DNA of 64,000 nucleotides from Octopus vulgaris (GCA_951406725.2 OX597828.1:72354001-72418000), one strand, 5' to 3'; numbered from the stretch's first letter, positions 12,541 through 26,540 are shown. The notes: generated from the sequence alone by a model not told the origin. Program-made: numbers and translations.

Positions 12541-12648
12541 CTTTTCTCTAGAAATTCCTTCTGTTAAAATGAGATATTGGGCATTGGGGAATTCAGGTAG
12601 TAAAGTCCCTGTCTTGGAGCTTAGAGAGTACTTTCTGGTAAAACCTCC
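12541..12648 (-). CDS. RFX6: RFX6-like exon following the DNA-binding domain
   Basis: tttttcag|GGA...GAAAAG|gtaagt, 108 nt. Translates [36 protein letters not shown]. Confidence 0.96.
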
Positions 12649-12810
12649 CTGAAAAAAAAAAAGAAAAAGAAAGATAAATATTTTACCAATTTACAGAGAT
12701 AATAGTTACCATTTTTCATTTCTCCTCCCCCTCCTCCTCCTCCTCCTCCTCCTCCTCCTCCTCCTCCTCCTCCTCCTCCTCCTCCTTCTTCTTTTTCTTC
12801 TACTTCTCTG

Positions 12811-12844
<34 letters not shown>

Positions 12845-13059
12845 TCTCTCTCTCCCATGTAATCCTCCTGACTCTTCTGTCTCCTTTTCTCTTCTGTTTC
12901 TCTCTTCTGTCTCTCCCTTCCAGTCATGTCTGTATTTACATCATTATTGGTGTGTCTGTGTGTGTTTGAGCATATGTGTATGTGTTCATGGAACGTGGGT
13001 TTCCCTCTACACACACACACACACACACACATAAACATATACATATATACATACATACA

Positions 13060-13120
<61 letters not shown>

Positions 13121-13507
13121 GTACACATATTTGTATATGTGTCGTATGAATGTGCATGCATGAATGGTTCAAAAAGCATAATGTGTATCCTATATATATA
13201 TCTCCATATCTAGAAAATATATATCCAGACTAGTTCGTAACGTAGGGACATGAGTATGTTTTCTATGAATATTCACTCGAAGTATCCGAGGATGTGAACG
13301 CATGCGTATCATATGGAAGTCCAAATGACACAACAGATGACTTTCGATCAGGCAGCGGGGAAATAATTTGCCACTATCTTTGTAACGACATTCCCTTCGC
13401 TTGGAAGGTAAACACACCATTTTGGTTGAAATAAATAAAAATATATAAAAAGATAGAAATGTCAAACTACTGCTATGTCTCAATCTAGAATAGTTGTATG
13501 CATCTTT

Positions 13508-13575
<68 letters not shown>

Positions 13576-13679
13576 ATAAAAATGGTAAGACAGCAGAAGA
13601 AAGAAAGAGACCTCGATATTATGTAAAATAGAGGAAATTATCTGTAAATGTAATATGTGACAATTATTCGGTAGCCAAG

Positions 13680-13738
13680 ATAAAACTCCGAGTTTCGGAT
13701 GCCGAGGTGGAAATCCACGCCGTCATCTCTTCAGTTAT
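13680..13738 (-). ncRNA. Type I hammerhead motif, sense to the RFX6 pre-mRNA
   Basis: ATAA-CTGAAGA-GATG...CATC-C-GAAA-CTCGGAG-TT-TTAT, followed by a ~110-nt tail ending in (TA)n at ~13570. Confidence 0.7.
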
Positions 13739-13869
13739 ACACACACACACACACACACAGATATGTGTATGTGTATGTTTGTATATGTATATGTATAAGC
13801 GGCCTTAAAGGAAGTGTATTTCACCACACTACGTTAGTAATCTCTGACCTTCGTTGGTTCTAGTAGCTC

Positions 13870-14410
13870 CGCAGTTTCATGTTGTGAGCCTCTGTCAATA
13901 AGATCAACAAAGATGAGTGTGAATTCCGTACTGCATTAAGGTGCAAATGCCTCCAAAATATAACAACCTACGTGGTCCTGGTGTTTTGTACGATAATAGT
14001 GGCCAGCAATTGTGCAACAGAGGCATAGACGGACCGAGGTAGTTTTCCACCTGTTTTCCGTCTGTTTTTCAATGCAAAGAAAACTGCGTGGATATGACCA
14101 TGAATGGGGATGAAAGCTACCAGCCAGTTTGTGTCCAAATGTGAATGACACGACCCCACCAATTCAGAAGAACAGAGACCATAGTAGTAGTGGTAGAAAA
14201 AGTAGAAAGAGGGAACAGCACGTCCGTGGGTTAGAGGCTGCAGTATGTCGATGTCTTTGACTAAAAGCGGTGACTTGAGGGCTGCCTATTGTCAAAGAGT
14301 TCGTGGTATAAAGATAGAGATCTCGAGTAGTTAATTTGTGTGGAGGTTCAATTTCCAACAGTCTGTCACATTCTAGTGATTTCTTTGGCTTTGTCATTCG
14401 GCACTTCGCC
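13870..14410 (-). pseudogene. Possible decayed LINE (CR1-like) endonuclease N-terminus
   Basis: Only faint, frameshifted resemblance (KPKK..., HGHIH, TLIF..LIDR). Confidence 0.25.
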
Positions 14411-14601
14411 AATTAATTGTGTTTCACTCATTACAGTAAATCGGACACAAAACAGAAATTCAAATATTTCCTAAAATATGAATTCAAATATTTCCTTTTG
14501 TGCGAGTGAAATGTCTTGTCTGTTGATGACGTCAGGAGAATGTTTGGTTTTTCAAGAAAACCGGTTGTTCTATAAATAGTTTCTGTTGACATAATAAAAA
14601 G

Positions 14602-14688
<87 letters not shown>

Positions 14689-16116
14689 ACAAAATACGAA
14701 AAACAAATGTGAAAGAATCAAAAGGAAATGAAATTTATTCATAAAAATCGATGCCGCTCTTATGTTATGAGGATGAAAGAGTTGGAAGGAGACTTGATTG
14801 TTGGTAAATGTAGATTGGAGTCGGGACGGGGTTGATGGCCGTAGGGGGGAGTGAGGGGGGAGTGATAATGAAGGAAGTGTAAACGATAAAATAGAAAGAG
14901 GAGTGGGAGAAGGGAAAGAAATGTATGTGCGATAGACGAGTACATCAATAAATTCGAGGCGGTACCCTTGGAGACAGCGAGTATAGGGTGGGCTGTCACG
15001 AAGAGACAAGAGTTAAGTTAATAAGGGAGGCCAGTATAAAAAAATCTGTATATAATGACCAGCGTTGTTCTTTAGATTCTCTCCATCCTCTTTGATTGAC
15101 GTGTGTACGTTGAGTTGGGAAGCCAAACTCGCTGCCCAAACTTAGACAAACAAAATAACCCATTTACATTGATTTACAGAACAACATTCATTTGGACCAG
15201 GTTTTCGGTTTGTTCACTTCTCAAATCCCACCACCTTCTACCCACCTACACACCCCAACTTCCCAGTGTTATGGCGTGGGTTGAGAGCATTTTCGCTTTC
15301 AATCCCTCTCTAACTCATCCACGCATTCTATTATAACTCTCCTTCACCTGCACAAAATGGCTTATTTTTCTTTTTTTCCTTTAAGCACCTAATTTTTTTC
15401 AACTCACTTTTAGAGAGCTCTACTCCTTGCTATCATACGCTTCTCTCTCGTTCTCTCTGTTTCCTTTTCTCTCTCTTCTCCTCCATCTCTCACTCAGTAT
15501 TTTTTTACTGTTACTATTTCTCTTTGTTTACCGATCTTTCAGACTTTTCATACGCGTGCTCCCTCTAGTCGGTCAAAGCTATAAATTTTAACTGTAGTAG
15601 TAGTAGTAGCAGTATTAGCAACACCAGCAGCAGTAGTTCCTGTTGTAAAGTTATACTTAAAATAAAAGCAAACAGTAGTCCGATAGAGACTTGTCTATCT
15701 GTCACTGAGGGTTCGAATCTGTCTGCAGTCTCTATGACACCACAACCCCTTCCAGGGATAATTTATACACGTCCAAATGGTTAATTTCTAACATCTAGTG
15801 TTAATTATAATAAGACATCGACGACAATCGTCTTAAATTTTTTTCCTTTCAATGACATCACTCCCCCCCTCGCTTCTCTCTGTTTCCAACATTCTTTTAT
15901 CTTTCCCTTTTCCCTGTGATTCAGTTACTGGACTTCGAAAATGCTGGGGCATCGCCTTGAAGGGTATTTTTCTTACAGATGTATAACCGACCCCTACGAT
16001 TTTGTAGCCTCATAATTTCCAGAAATATGGACACTTTTTAACGATTGCTGTAGATCCAGACTGCATAGGGATCCGTTGGAAAGAATTTTTCCGAGGGTGG
16101 AGTGTGGGGAAGGAGC

Positions 16117-16152
<36 letters not shown>

Positions 16153-16245
16153 AGAGAGATAGACAAACAGACAGAGGGAAAAAGATATTTATGACTAAAT
16201 ATAAAAATGCCACAGGAAAATAATTGAATTTGTTGCAATACTTAC

Positions 16246-16273
16246 TTCATTCTTTAACTTGCAACCAGAAAAC
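16246..16273 (-). CDS. RFX6: RFX6-like 28-nt microexon
   Basis: ttgtag|GTTTTCTGGTTGCAAGTTAAAGAATGAA|gtaagt. Translates (R)FSGCKLKNE, in phase with both neighbouring exons. Confidence 0.93.
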
Positions 16274-16298
16274 CTACAAATTAATAATAATAATAATG

Positions 16299-16380
<82 letters not shown>

Positions 16381-16390
16381 TAAAAATTGT

Positions 16391-17296
16391 AAAGTCTCTT
16401 TACAATTTAAAAAAATTATTACAAAGGCAGTTGATGAGATATTTTAACCAGATTTGTTTTATTTTAATAATTGTTTATTAAAGTTTTTATTGATATTAAA
16501 TTTTTGTGTTTCAGATACTCTGTTGATGGAAGGGAACTGATTCACTGAATCCCTATAAAATGAGGATGAAGTATTCCTCAAGCGATTTTGTTTTAGTGAC
16601 GAGGCGACTTTCATGTTTCAGGGAAATTAAACAGACACAATTTGAGAATCTGGGGATCAGAACACCCCCATGTGACTAGGGAGCTTCAATGGGATAGTCC
16701 AAAAGTGAATGTGTGGTGTGGAATCATGTGCAATCGAATAATTGGTCCATTTTTCTTCAATGAGGCAACAATAACTGCAGATGTTTACCTCGACCTTCTG
16801 ACCGAATATGTGGCACCACAACTGATTGATTTACAACCAACCATCAATTTCCAGCAAGATGGTGCACTAGCACATTGGGGACGGCATGTTCGTCAGTTCC
16901 TCAATCAAACATTTCCAGACCGATGGATTGGAAGGGATGGGCCAATTCCATGGCCACCACGTTCACCAGATATCACTCCCTTGGACTTCTTTTTATGGGG
17001 TTATGTAAAAGATATCGTGTATCAAACAAAGATACGGGACATTGCTGACTTGAAGCAAAGGATTCGTAATGCCATTGCCACCGTTGATGAGGCTATCCTA
17101 CAGCGAACATGGCAAGAAATCGAGTAACATCTTGATGTGCTTCGAGCAACAAATGGTGCCCACATTGAAGTCTATTAAATAACTGTTAAAAAAACTTTAA
17201 TAAATAATTATTACAATAAAACAAATCTGGTTAAGATATCTTGTCAACTGCCTTTGTAATAAAATTTTTAAATTGTAAAGAGACTTTATGGACACC

Positions 17297-17299
<3 letters not shown>
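16391..17299 (+). mobile_element. Tc1/mariner DD41D (rosa-type) element, internally deleted, with long TIRs
   Basis: ORF 16642-17127 has QQDGALAH...WPPRSPDITPLD with 41 residues between the last two D. 16391-16490 is inverted at 17195-17288. Right end CACCCTG|TA. Confidence 0.9.
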
Positions 17300-17346
<47 letters not shown>

Positions 17347-17697
17347 AATATAACTTACATTCCCTTAAGTTTTAAAAGAGGGCAAGGTGGCGCTTCTGTA
17401 TTCCTCTTCTATTGTCTGAACATACCTTTAAAGATGGCTTCCATAATCAATAAGTAAATAAGTTTTATTGAGGCTGTCAAGAAAGTTTCGAAATCTTTTT
17501 AATGCCTCGATATTGAAGGGAAATGGTTTGAACACAGGTTATATCAGTTACCTTTAGTGTGATTAAAGGAACTATTTATCGGTTACCACACAGTCTAATT
17601 TTATGAAATATCGATCTTAAATTTGAGTAATGAATACTGTGAATAATGATTATTGAGTAAAAGTGATGTGGATTAAAGTAAAAAAGTGATTACTTAC

Positions 17698-17775
17698 CGA
17701 GTGAGACCTTTGCCTGAGTAAACAGAATGATAATATTGACTAGTTTCTCGGATACCAATTCCATAATAATGGTAT
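17698..17775 (-). CDS. RFX6: RFX6-like exon, end of DNA-binding domain
   Basis: ttccag|ATAC...CTCG|gtaagt, 78 nt. Translates (K)[25 protein letters not shown](R). Confidence 0.96.
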
Positions 17776-17874
17776 CTGGAATATAGAACGTATTTAGAGG
17801 CTTATATAACGTTATATACACATGTCTATGCGTGCATGGGTAAATATTTATGAGTTAAGGGTCAAAGGTTCACT

Positions 17875-18047
17875 CCGAGCAATAGCCTCTTAAGGCCGGT
17901 TTCACGGACTCTTCGGTGTATGTATTCCCCACCTGGATGGGACGAATGTCCGTCGCAGAGTTACTCTTTTTTGTTAGTTGACTGGTCTGCAGTTTGTTTT
18001 GTTCAACAAACAGAACGCATCACCCGGTCCAGGAATCGAAACCACAA
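17875..18047 (-). mobile_element. SINE fragment with V-domain-like core
   Basis: CTGCGACGGAC..CGTCCCATCCAGG core shared with 40412-40705. Confidence 0.65.
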
Positions 18048-18124
18048 GTTGTTGGGTAAGGTGTTGCAGTAGAAAATTTCCGGTTTCTAACTAGACATTC
18101 GTCTGTCAAGGATTATATTGGCTG

Positions 18125-18252
18125 ATGTATGTATGTATGTATGTATGTATGTATGTATGTATGTATGTATGTATGTATGTATGTATGTATGTATGTATGT
18201 ATGTTTGTATGTATGTATGTATGTATGCATGCATGCATGCATGTGTATATGC

Positions 18253-18285
<33 letters not shown>

Positions 18286-18460
18286 TGTATGTATGTATGT
18301 ATGCATGCATGTATGTATGTATGTATGTATGTAAGTATGCATGCATACATGCATGTATGTATGTATGTATGTATGTATGCATGTATGTATGTATACATGT
18401 ATGTATATATGTATGTATGTGTATGTATGTACATGTATAAATATATATGTATTTATGTGT

Positions 18461-18495
<35 letters not shown>

Positions 18496-18729
18496 AATGT
18501 ATCTGTATATATGCATATGTGTATATAAATGTATGTTTGTGTATTTACGTATATATCAATAAATGTGTATGTGTATATTTGTATAAGTGTATACATATGT
18601 ATGTGTATATGTACATATATATGAGTATATGTACATATATATGTACGTATATATAGGTGTTTATGCGTATGTGTATACATGTGTGTGTGATTACATGTGT
18701 ATGTATATAGATATATAAAACGTTTGTAT

Positions 18730-18778
<49 letters not shown>

Positions 18779-19497
18779 GTTGCGTGCGTGTGAGTGCGAA
18801 CAAGTTTGGGAATCAAAAATAATGAGTTAAGTAAAACAATTATACATTCCTCTGTATTTTCTGAATAAAAACGAAAACAATAACGAAAATAAAAAAACAA
18901 AATTTTACTTTGCTAAATTCACTGTTTTGGTGTTTTAGCTTTATGTATGTATGTATGTATGTATGTATGTATGTATGTATGTATGTATGTATGTATGTAT
19001 GTATGTATGTATGTATGTTTGTATGTATGAATGTATGTATGTATGCATGCATGCATGCATGCATGTATATATGCATATATGTATGTATGTATGTATGTAT
19101 GTAAGTATGCATGCATACATGCATGTATGTATGTATGTATGTATGTATGTATGCATGTATGTATGTATGTATACATGTATGTATATATGTATGTATGTGT
19201 ATGTATGTACATGTATAAATATATATGTATTTATGTGTACACACACACACACACATATATATAAATGTATCTGTATATATGCATATGTGTATATAAATGT
19301 ATGTTTGTGTATTTACGTATATATCAATAAATGTGTATGTGTATATTTGTATAAGTGTATACATATGTATGTGTATATGTACATATATATGAGTATATGT
19401 ACATATATATGTACGTATATATAGGTGTTTATGCGTATGTGTATACATGTGTGTGTGATTACATGTGTATGTATATAGATATATAAAACGTTTGTAT

Positions 19498-19548
<51 letters not shown>

Positions 19549-19711
19549 GTTGCGTGCGTGTGAGTGCGAACAAGTTTGGGAATCAAAAATAATGAGTTAA
19601 GTAAAACAATTATACATTCCTCTGTATTTTCTGAATAAAAACGAAAACAATAACGAAAATAAAAAAACAAAATTTTACTTTGCTAAATTCACTGTTTTGG
19701 TGTTTTAGCTT
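18125..19711. repeat. ~770-bp tandem duplication of a (TATG)n/(TG)n-rich unit
   Basis: Unique tail 18781-18941 is repeated identically at 19551-19711. Confidence 0.9.
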
Positions 19712-19802
19712 TAAGATATTTTGTCATAATTCAGCTAAAAAATATTATTCGATATATATGTATATATATGTTCATAAATTTATAAATGTATGTGCATTAT
19801 AT

Positions 19803-19867
<65 letters not shown>

Positions 19868-19886
19868 ATATATTATATATACATAT

Positions 19887-19946
<60 letters not shown>

Positions 19947-20044
19947 ATGTATATATATTATATATATATATGTATATAATATATCAGTATATATATTATA
20001 TATACATAAATATATATATATATATACCATATATATGTATGTAT

Positions 20045-20076
<32 letters not shown>

Positions 20077-20295
20077 TATACATATATACACATATACTAT
20101 TTGTGTGTGTATGTGTGTGCTTGCGTGCGCACGCCTGGCTATGTTTTTATGTATGTGTGCATGTATGGATGTATTTATGTATGTATATATATTTACATGT
20201 GTATATATAAGTACATGTGTATAAATACGCATAAACACACACACGCACACATATATGTATATACGTATATATGTGTGCATGTGTATGTATATGTA

Positions 20296-21595
20296 CAGGA
20301 TGCGGTCAATAAATTTTCGTTTGAATTACGTAAAAATGAAAATAACACTGACATCTCATTTTAACAGATATATTTACCAAAATTACATAAATATATCTTG
20401 AAATACTAAAGTGTAAATTTATTCATTAAAATTGCCATTAGCTTCAATCACAGCCTCCAGACGACTTCGTAATCTCCTGCAACTCTTCTAGACAGTCTCC
20501 TTGCTTAAGTTGGTGAATGCTACCATAATCTTTGCCTTCAGTTCATCTTTGGTGTTACAGGGAGTTTTGTTGACCTCCCGCTCAACTGCGCCCCACGTAT
20601 AATAATCAAGGGAGTTGCAGTCTGGGGAGTTGGGTGGCCAGATGTTAGGGGTCATGTGATCGCAGAAATCGTCTGACAGCCGTGACTAGATTGTCCTGCT
20701 TGTGTGGCATGGTACTGAGTTCTGTTGCCAGACATAGGGTCTTCCAGCAGCCACGTTCTTGACCCAGGGCAGCACTACCTCTTACAGACACTTGATGTAG
20801 GCCTCAGTGTTGAGTCTGAGGCCGTGTGAGAAGATAAATGAAGGCATAACGTCGCCATCACTAGTGATCCCGCTAAACACCATGATGTTGACTGGATGTT
20901 TGATTTTTATCACTCTCAGTACACGTTTTGTGGATATGGCAAATCAACGGTTGTTCTGTGTGTTCATCATCTGATCCTGGCAGAAATTTTTCTCGTTTGA
21001 GAAAAGCCAAAGCATGTTCGGTTGGCGAGGATGCTTGAGTTTGTTGAAATGCTTAGTAGAGCAGGCTTTTCTTCTCGTTCTTGATGCCTTGGAATAAAAA
21101 TTGGCCCTCTAACATCTTGTATGAGGAATACTGGATGTCTTCATGTATTACCCGCCTGACAAGAAACTCAGACATTCCCATGTCTCCGGCGTTGGACCTG
21201 AATGACTTAGAGGGATCATTTTCAATCATGGCCTTGATCTCACCAACAAATTCAGGAGTTCTTTTCTTATCAGAACGAGCAGAGTGAGTTTTCCGAGCTG
21301 CCTTACCTCCGTAATCACCACGAGACTCATCCAACTCCTTTTAAATCCTCTGCACTGTCCTCGGATTGACACCCAAATACTCTGAAATTTTCGTGTTGGA
21401 GCTTCTGGTGCGAATGCCAAGCAGTACAACATGTCGTTTTCAAATTTCTGGCCGAGAGAATTGCACCATGGTGCTGTTTTTCTCACAGACGGTGCCCAAC
21501 TGACCCTACTATACTGTCGATAAAACCAAAAACAAACAATCCATATGCGCGAAATTTAAAATATGAAATAGTGACAATTTATCCATCGTACCCTG
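20296..21595 (-). mobile_element. Tc1/mariner DD37D (maT-type) element, full length but decayed
   Basis: TA-flanked imperfect TIRs (CAGGATGCGGTCAATAAATT / CAGGGTACGATGGATAAATT). Motifs LFSNEKNF and WQQNSVPCH...WPPNSPDCNSLD (37 spacing), with stops and frameshifts. Confidence 0.88.
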
Positions 21596-21637
21596 TATGA
21601 ATAATTACATACATACATACATACATACATATGTATT

Positions 21638-21682
<45 letters not shown>

Positions 21683-21821
21683 CATGTATGCATGTATATA
21701 TACATATATATTTGTATGGCACACATATATATGTGTAAATACATATATATGTATACGTAAATATGTACAAATCCATCCATATATATACAAATATACATAC
21801 ATATACATACATATACACACA

Positions 21822-21909
<88 letters not shown>

Positions 21910-22196
21910 CGCACATATGTACATGCATGCGTATGTATAATTATATATATATATGCATACATGTGTGAATGTACTATGTATGTGTTATAGCTATATATTT
22001 TGTGTGTGTATAAGTGTGTGTGTGAGTGCGTGCGCGTGTGTGTATGTGCGTGCGCGTGTGCTTATAAGTTCTATGAACGTGTGTAGACGTTTCGTTGCTG
22101 TTAGAGTTACATGGTAACTATTGTTTTCTAAACAACCTCCCAAAGAATATCTCTCTACGAGGTGGCCACATTTTGGAATTGAAAATGTCCACTTAC

Positions 22197-22258
22197 TTGG
22201 AATGTCCACGTGTGCCCAGACGTCTGGTAGTGAGATGTGGAAACTTCTGGCGAATCGT
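22197..22258 (-). CDS. RFX6: RFX6-like DNA-binding domain exon
   Basis: tttcag|ACG...TCCAA|gtaagt, 62 nt. Translates TIRQKFPHLTTRRLGTRGHS(K), containing the RRLGTRG RFX signature. Confidence 0.97.
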
Positions 22259-22552
22259 CTGAAAGAAAAGGAAGAAGAAGAACCTTAACATGGTAAATGT
22301 TGTGGGAGATATTCTTTCGTTCAAAAGGCCATTTCGCTCTACGTCTCTCTCTAAGTTTCCCTCACTCCTCATCCAGTCTTCATTTCCTTCTTCTCTTTGT
22401 CTGTCTGTCACTCACGCATTCAATATACCTCATGGTTCTTTATATTAATTTTTGTATATACATTAGCTACTCGCTAAACCATCCATAAATTTTTTATGGA
22501 AAATACATATATGCTGACGGTAATTAATCCCGGAAATAGCCGAACGAGCAGT

Positions 22553-22603
22553 CCATACCGAAGAGGCTACGGAAATAGCCGAAACTGAACGTTCAGTATA
22601 GGG
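22553..22603 (+). ncRNA. Type I hammerhead motif (U4C) in a PLE-like terminal repeat
   Basis: CCATA-CCGAAGA-GGCTAcggaaaTAGCC-GAAA-CTGAACGTTCAG-TA-TAGGG; 5-bp stem II and palindromic stem III. Confidence 0.7.
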
Positions 22604-22779
22604 AATTCTCGAATCAGTGTTTTTGGGAGATTGCAGCCCCTGTGAACATATATGTATACAATTATATGCTTTTACTACAGCATTAGAGGATTTTAACTCT
22701 TATTTCTAGAAATGTAGGTGTCTTGACACCCTTAGTCGCATTTAGTATCAATTATATCATATATTATATTCATATGTAT

Positions 22780-22826
<47 letters not shown>

Positions 22827-22890
22827 CCATGCTGACGATAAACATAGGATAATTCATTCACCTATTTAAATATATTTATATATATATATC

Positions 22891-22952
<62 letters not shown>

Positions 22953-23634
22953 AATATAATCTATCTGTCTATCTATCTATTTATCTATCTATAAATCCAG
23001 CTTTTAAAAAATACCCCAAAGAAAGAAATAATCGTGGTAACATGGAACCTAAATTATAATTTTGCTCTCTTTACATTTCGTATTTTTTTTTCGGGATATA
23101 CATTTTATATTTTTTTTAATACTACAGTAATTTACCCAATTATTCTAAATAAATAAGTTTTATAATCAGCATCGTTTCTTATGTTTATTCTACTACCTGG
23201 AGATATACGTTTAGAAGTTTTTTTCTTATCAGAAATTAAACGAAAAAGAAAAACTTTTCTGTTTATAACTCGGGGAAAAAATAAAAGTAAACAAACAAAC
23301 AAAAATATACAATTAAAGTAAAAAGGTACAAAAGAAAACTTAAATTTTTAGAAATAAAATGCATCAGAAAATTTAATATATTTTGTGACAAAGCTCTCCA
23401 GAAGATGTTCGTTTATACAAAATTCCTGCAAAATTCAATGTAAATCTTTATCGTACAGCATGACCCTATATACCAGCTTTTCTCAAACACGATTCAAAGG
23501 GCCACATGCAGCCCTCAAACACTATTCCGGCGCCTTTGACAGTCTTCTTTCTATCAATATAATAAATTCTTCTTTAACTGACTTTCGATTTTGTTTTGTT
23601 GGTGTGTGTATGTGTGTGTGTTTGTATCTGTGCA

Positions 23635-23715
<81 letters not shown>

Positions 23716-23739
23716 GTCTCTCTCTCTCTCTCTCTACCT

Positions 23740-23770
<31 letters not shown>

Positions 23771-26379
23771 AGGTATATATGTTTATAAGGCATACAGAAG
23801 GTATATATGTTTATAACTATCTATTTGTATATGTTACATGCAGCCTGCACAGCGTGAGTGACAATCTCTTCATCAGCTGTCAACGTGTGACCATAACGGT
23901 TTCGGCACCTTTCAAAAGAACCGTTTCCTCCATCGGTGCATAGCAACAACGAAGTTATCATGGTTTGACCCAGTTGTTTCCGAGGACCACACCGTGTCAC
24001 ACTTTTACTCTTGCCTTTTTCTATAGAACTGGTCAAATATTTCCGAACGCAATATTATTCTTGATTTCTAAAATAAAATATTCTTTTATCTTCAAATTAT
24101 TAATTCTAAGATGATTAAGGAATTAGAATTAATGTTTATTGCAAAAAGCAAATGAAATAACTGATGCCTCTGGCATGATTCTCTTGTACTTCTTTTTCTT
24201 TCGAAACCATCAAAACAATCTTTCCTTCAGCCGCTGGAAATATTTTCTCCCATTCTTCCAAAACTTTTATAAAATTACTTTCAAAAGTATTTGAATTCAG
24301 TTTTGTCTTAAGGCTCTATCATAAATGTCCAAGTAGATTCAAGTACGCGAAGATGCATAGCCTAGTATGTTGTGTATGACTGTTGGGTCGTAGGTTCGAT
24401 TCTCGAACGGGGTGGTGCATTGTATCGTTGAGTAAGACACTTCATTTTACGTTGCTCTCATCATGAGCTGAAAGAATTTCTTTTGAAAGCGACAATTACT
24501 TTCTTAAGTGAAAAACCGTCAGCCCTAATATGGCGATGCCACACAATCTAATCATATGGAGCTGATGACAGTTAAAAATTACTATTAATTAAAAAAATAA
24601 AGTGATTGAAAATATTTAAACCAGAAAGAAGATAACTGGAAATCAAGGAATAAAACTAAAAGAAGAAAAATCAACGTATTTTCAGATTAAAAAACAATAA
24701 AAACAAACCACCTAATTGTAATTAAGTTGTTATGCTCCCTCAAGTGATGTTTTACCGTTTTTAGTTATTAATCAACTTATGAATATTCATTAGAGAGCTA
24801 TAGCCTTTCTGTATCGTCAACACAACCTTTCCTTTAAGCAGCTCTACCAAATGGACTCTTAGTTTGACAATTTCATCAAGTTGAAAAGTTGTAGGAAGTA
24901 AATAGCAGTGGTTTATCATCCCCATCAGAGATTTAGGAGGAATATCGATTAAATAACCTTTATTGGTGCTTAATAAAAGAAGTGAGACAGGGAAAGCAAA
25001 AACTTCCGGTTAAGTTTTTTATTCCTTTCTGCGAAGTGACATTTGATCGTGTCTTTAGTCCAGCTGGATATCGTTTACAGAACGTCAACAAAATTTCCTT
25101 CAAAATTCAATTAATCTTATCGGAAATACGTTTTTTTTCCTGGTTAAATATCAGCAGGTGATTTAAATAATGTTTGTTTATGACATTAAATGTTCTTGCT
25201 TCAGCAGTGATAGAAAGGCAAGTAGGAGTTTAACATTTAATCTCAGTCTGAATATAATATATCTGTCATTGAAATCATCCTGTCTTATCCAAAATGTACA
25301 CAAGAAAGGAGGGATTGGATGACGCAAGAGGTCACTATTACTGGCACAAGCATAGCTGTGAGGTTAAGCAGTTGAAATCACGTGTACCTGGTTTCGGGTC
25401 CAGTTCAAATCTATGTCATCTTGGGCAAGTTCTTTCACTATAGCCTCTTGTTGACTAAAACCTCGGCAAATTTATTAGACGGTAATTGTGAAAAGTTCGA
25501 GTGAGGAACTTTTTTCTGTTTTGGGGCCAGAGACATAAACCGTCATTACTCTCCACTCGACCCTTGGGTGCCTTTAGCGGAGCCTGTTCTCTTGCAAACA
25601 TTGAGGCTTGTCCTGGTCTTCCGTGTGAAGATAACTTGTTTCCTTGGTCCTTTCAGTATTGAAGGGTCTGTAAAATCATCGAAGAGCATTGCTTTTGTTT
25701 CGCAATTGCGTGGTTTCGGGTTCTCGATTATATTTCCAGTGTTGATATAATTGTCCTTACTACGATGGAAGGCCAGCTCTGGAGAGATTTGAACGTGGAA
25801 ATGAGAGAAAGAAAGCTATAAACACTGTAAGGAACTTTGTCCGGCGCTCTACTGTTTTAGATAAGTCATCACTTATCTAAAGTCTGTGGAACATTAGGCA
25901 AAGCCTTCTATAATAGCATCATGTTGACCAAAATCTCGTAAGTGAAATTTAGTAGACGGAAATCGTGTGGAAGCCCGCATGAAAAATCTGTTTTTGTTTT
26001 TAGTGAAAGGAAACTTAATCCGTCACCCTATTAAACGACTCGCCCTTGATCCTTAAGTGACTTTAATAAAACTCATTCGGGGTTGACAAGGTCTACATTG
26101 GGACGATAACTTCCTTCGGTGTCCCTCCACTGTTGAAGGGCTTCAAAAAAGTGATGATCGCTGTGTTTTAGGTAAATAAGTTACTTTTTATTTAACATAA
26201 CTAGTCCGGGAACTTTTTAATACCACCTCGTACCCCGCGTCAGGTGTCGAAGTGATCCCAAAGTAACGTGAGATGAAGTGTTTTGCTCAGGAACACAACG
26301 CACCACCCTGTCTAGGAATTGAAACCACAATCTCGGGATCATGAGTACAAAACTCTAACAAACTAAGCCATGCGCCCTC

Positions 26380-26540
<161 letters not shown>

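Noticed and set aside
17733-17785. Hammerhead-like GAAACTAGTC with a flanking hairpin on the minus strand
   Set aside because: No CUGANGA core; the sequence is the RFX6 exon [15 protein letters not shown].
18087-20364. Many long ORFs of YIHT, MYVC or YI repeats (and similar ones across the window)
   Set aside because: Translations of (TATG)n, (TA)n, (CA)n and (AAT)n microsatellites.
23865-23910. CTGATGA and GAAACCGTTATGGTC on the minus strand as a permuted hammerhead
   Set aside because: Stems I and II cannot form. The region may instead be a faint pogo/Tigger-like remnant, too weak to call.
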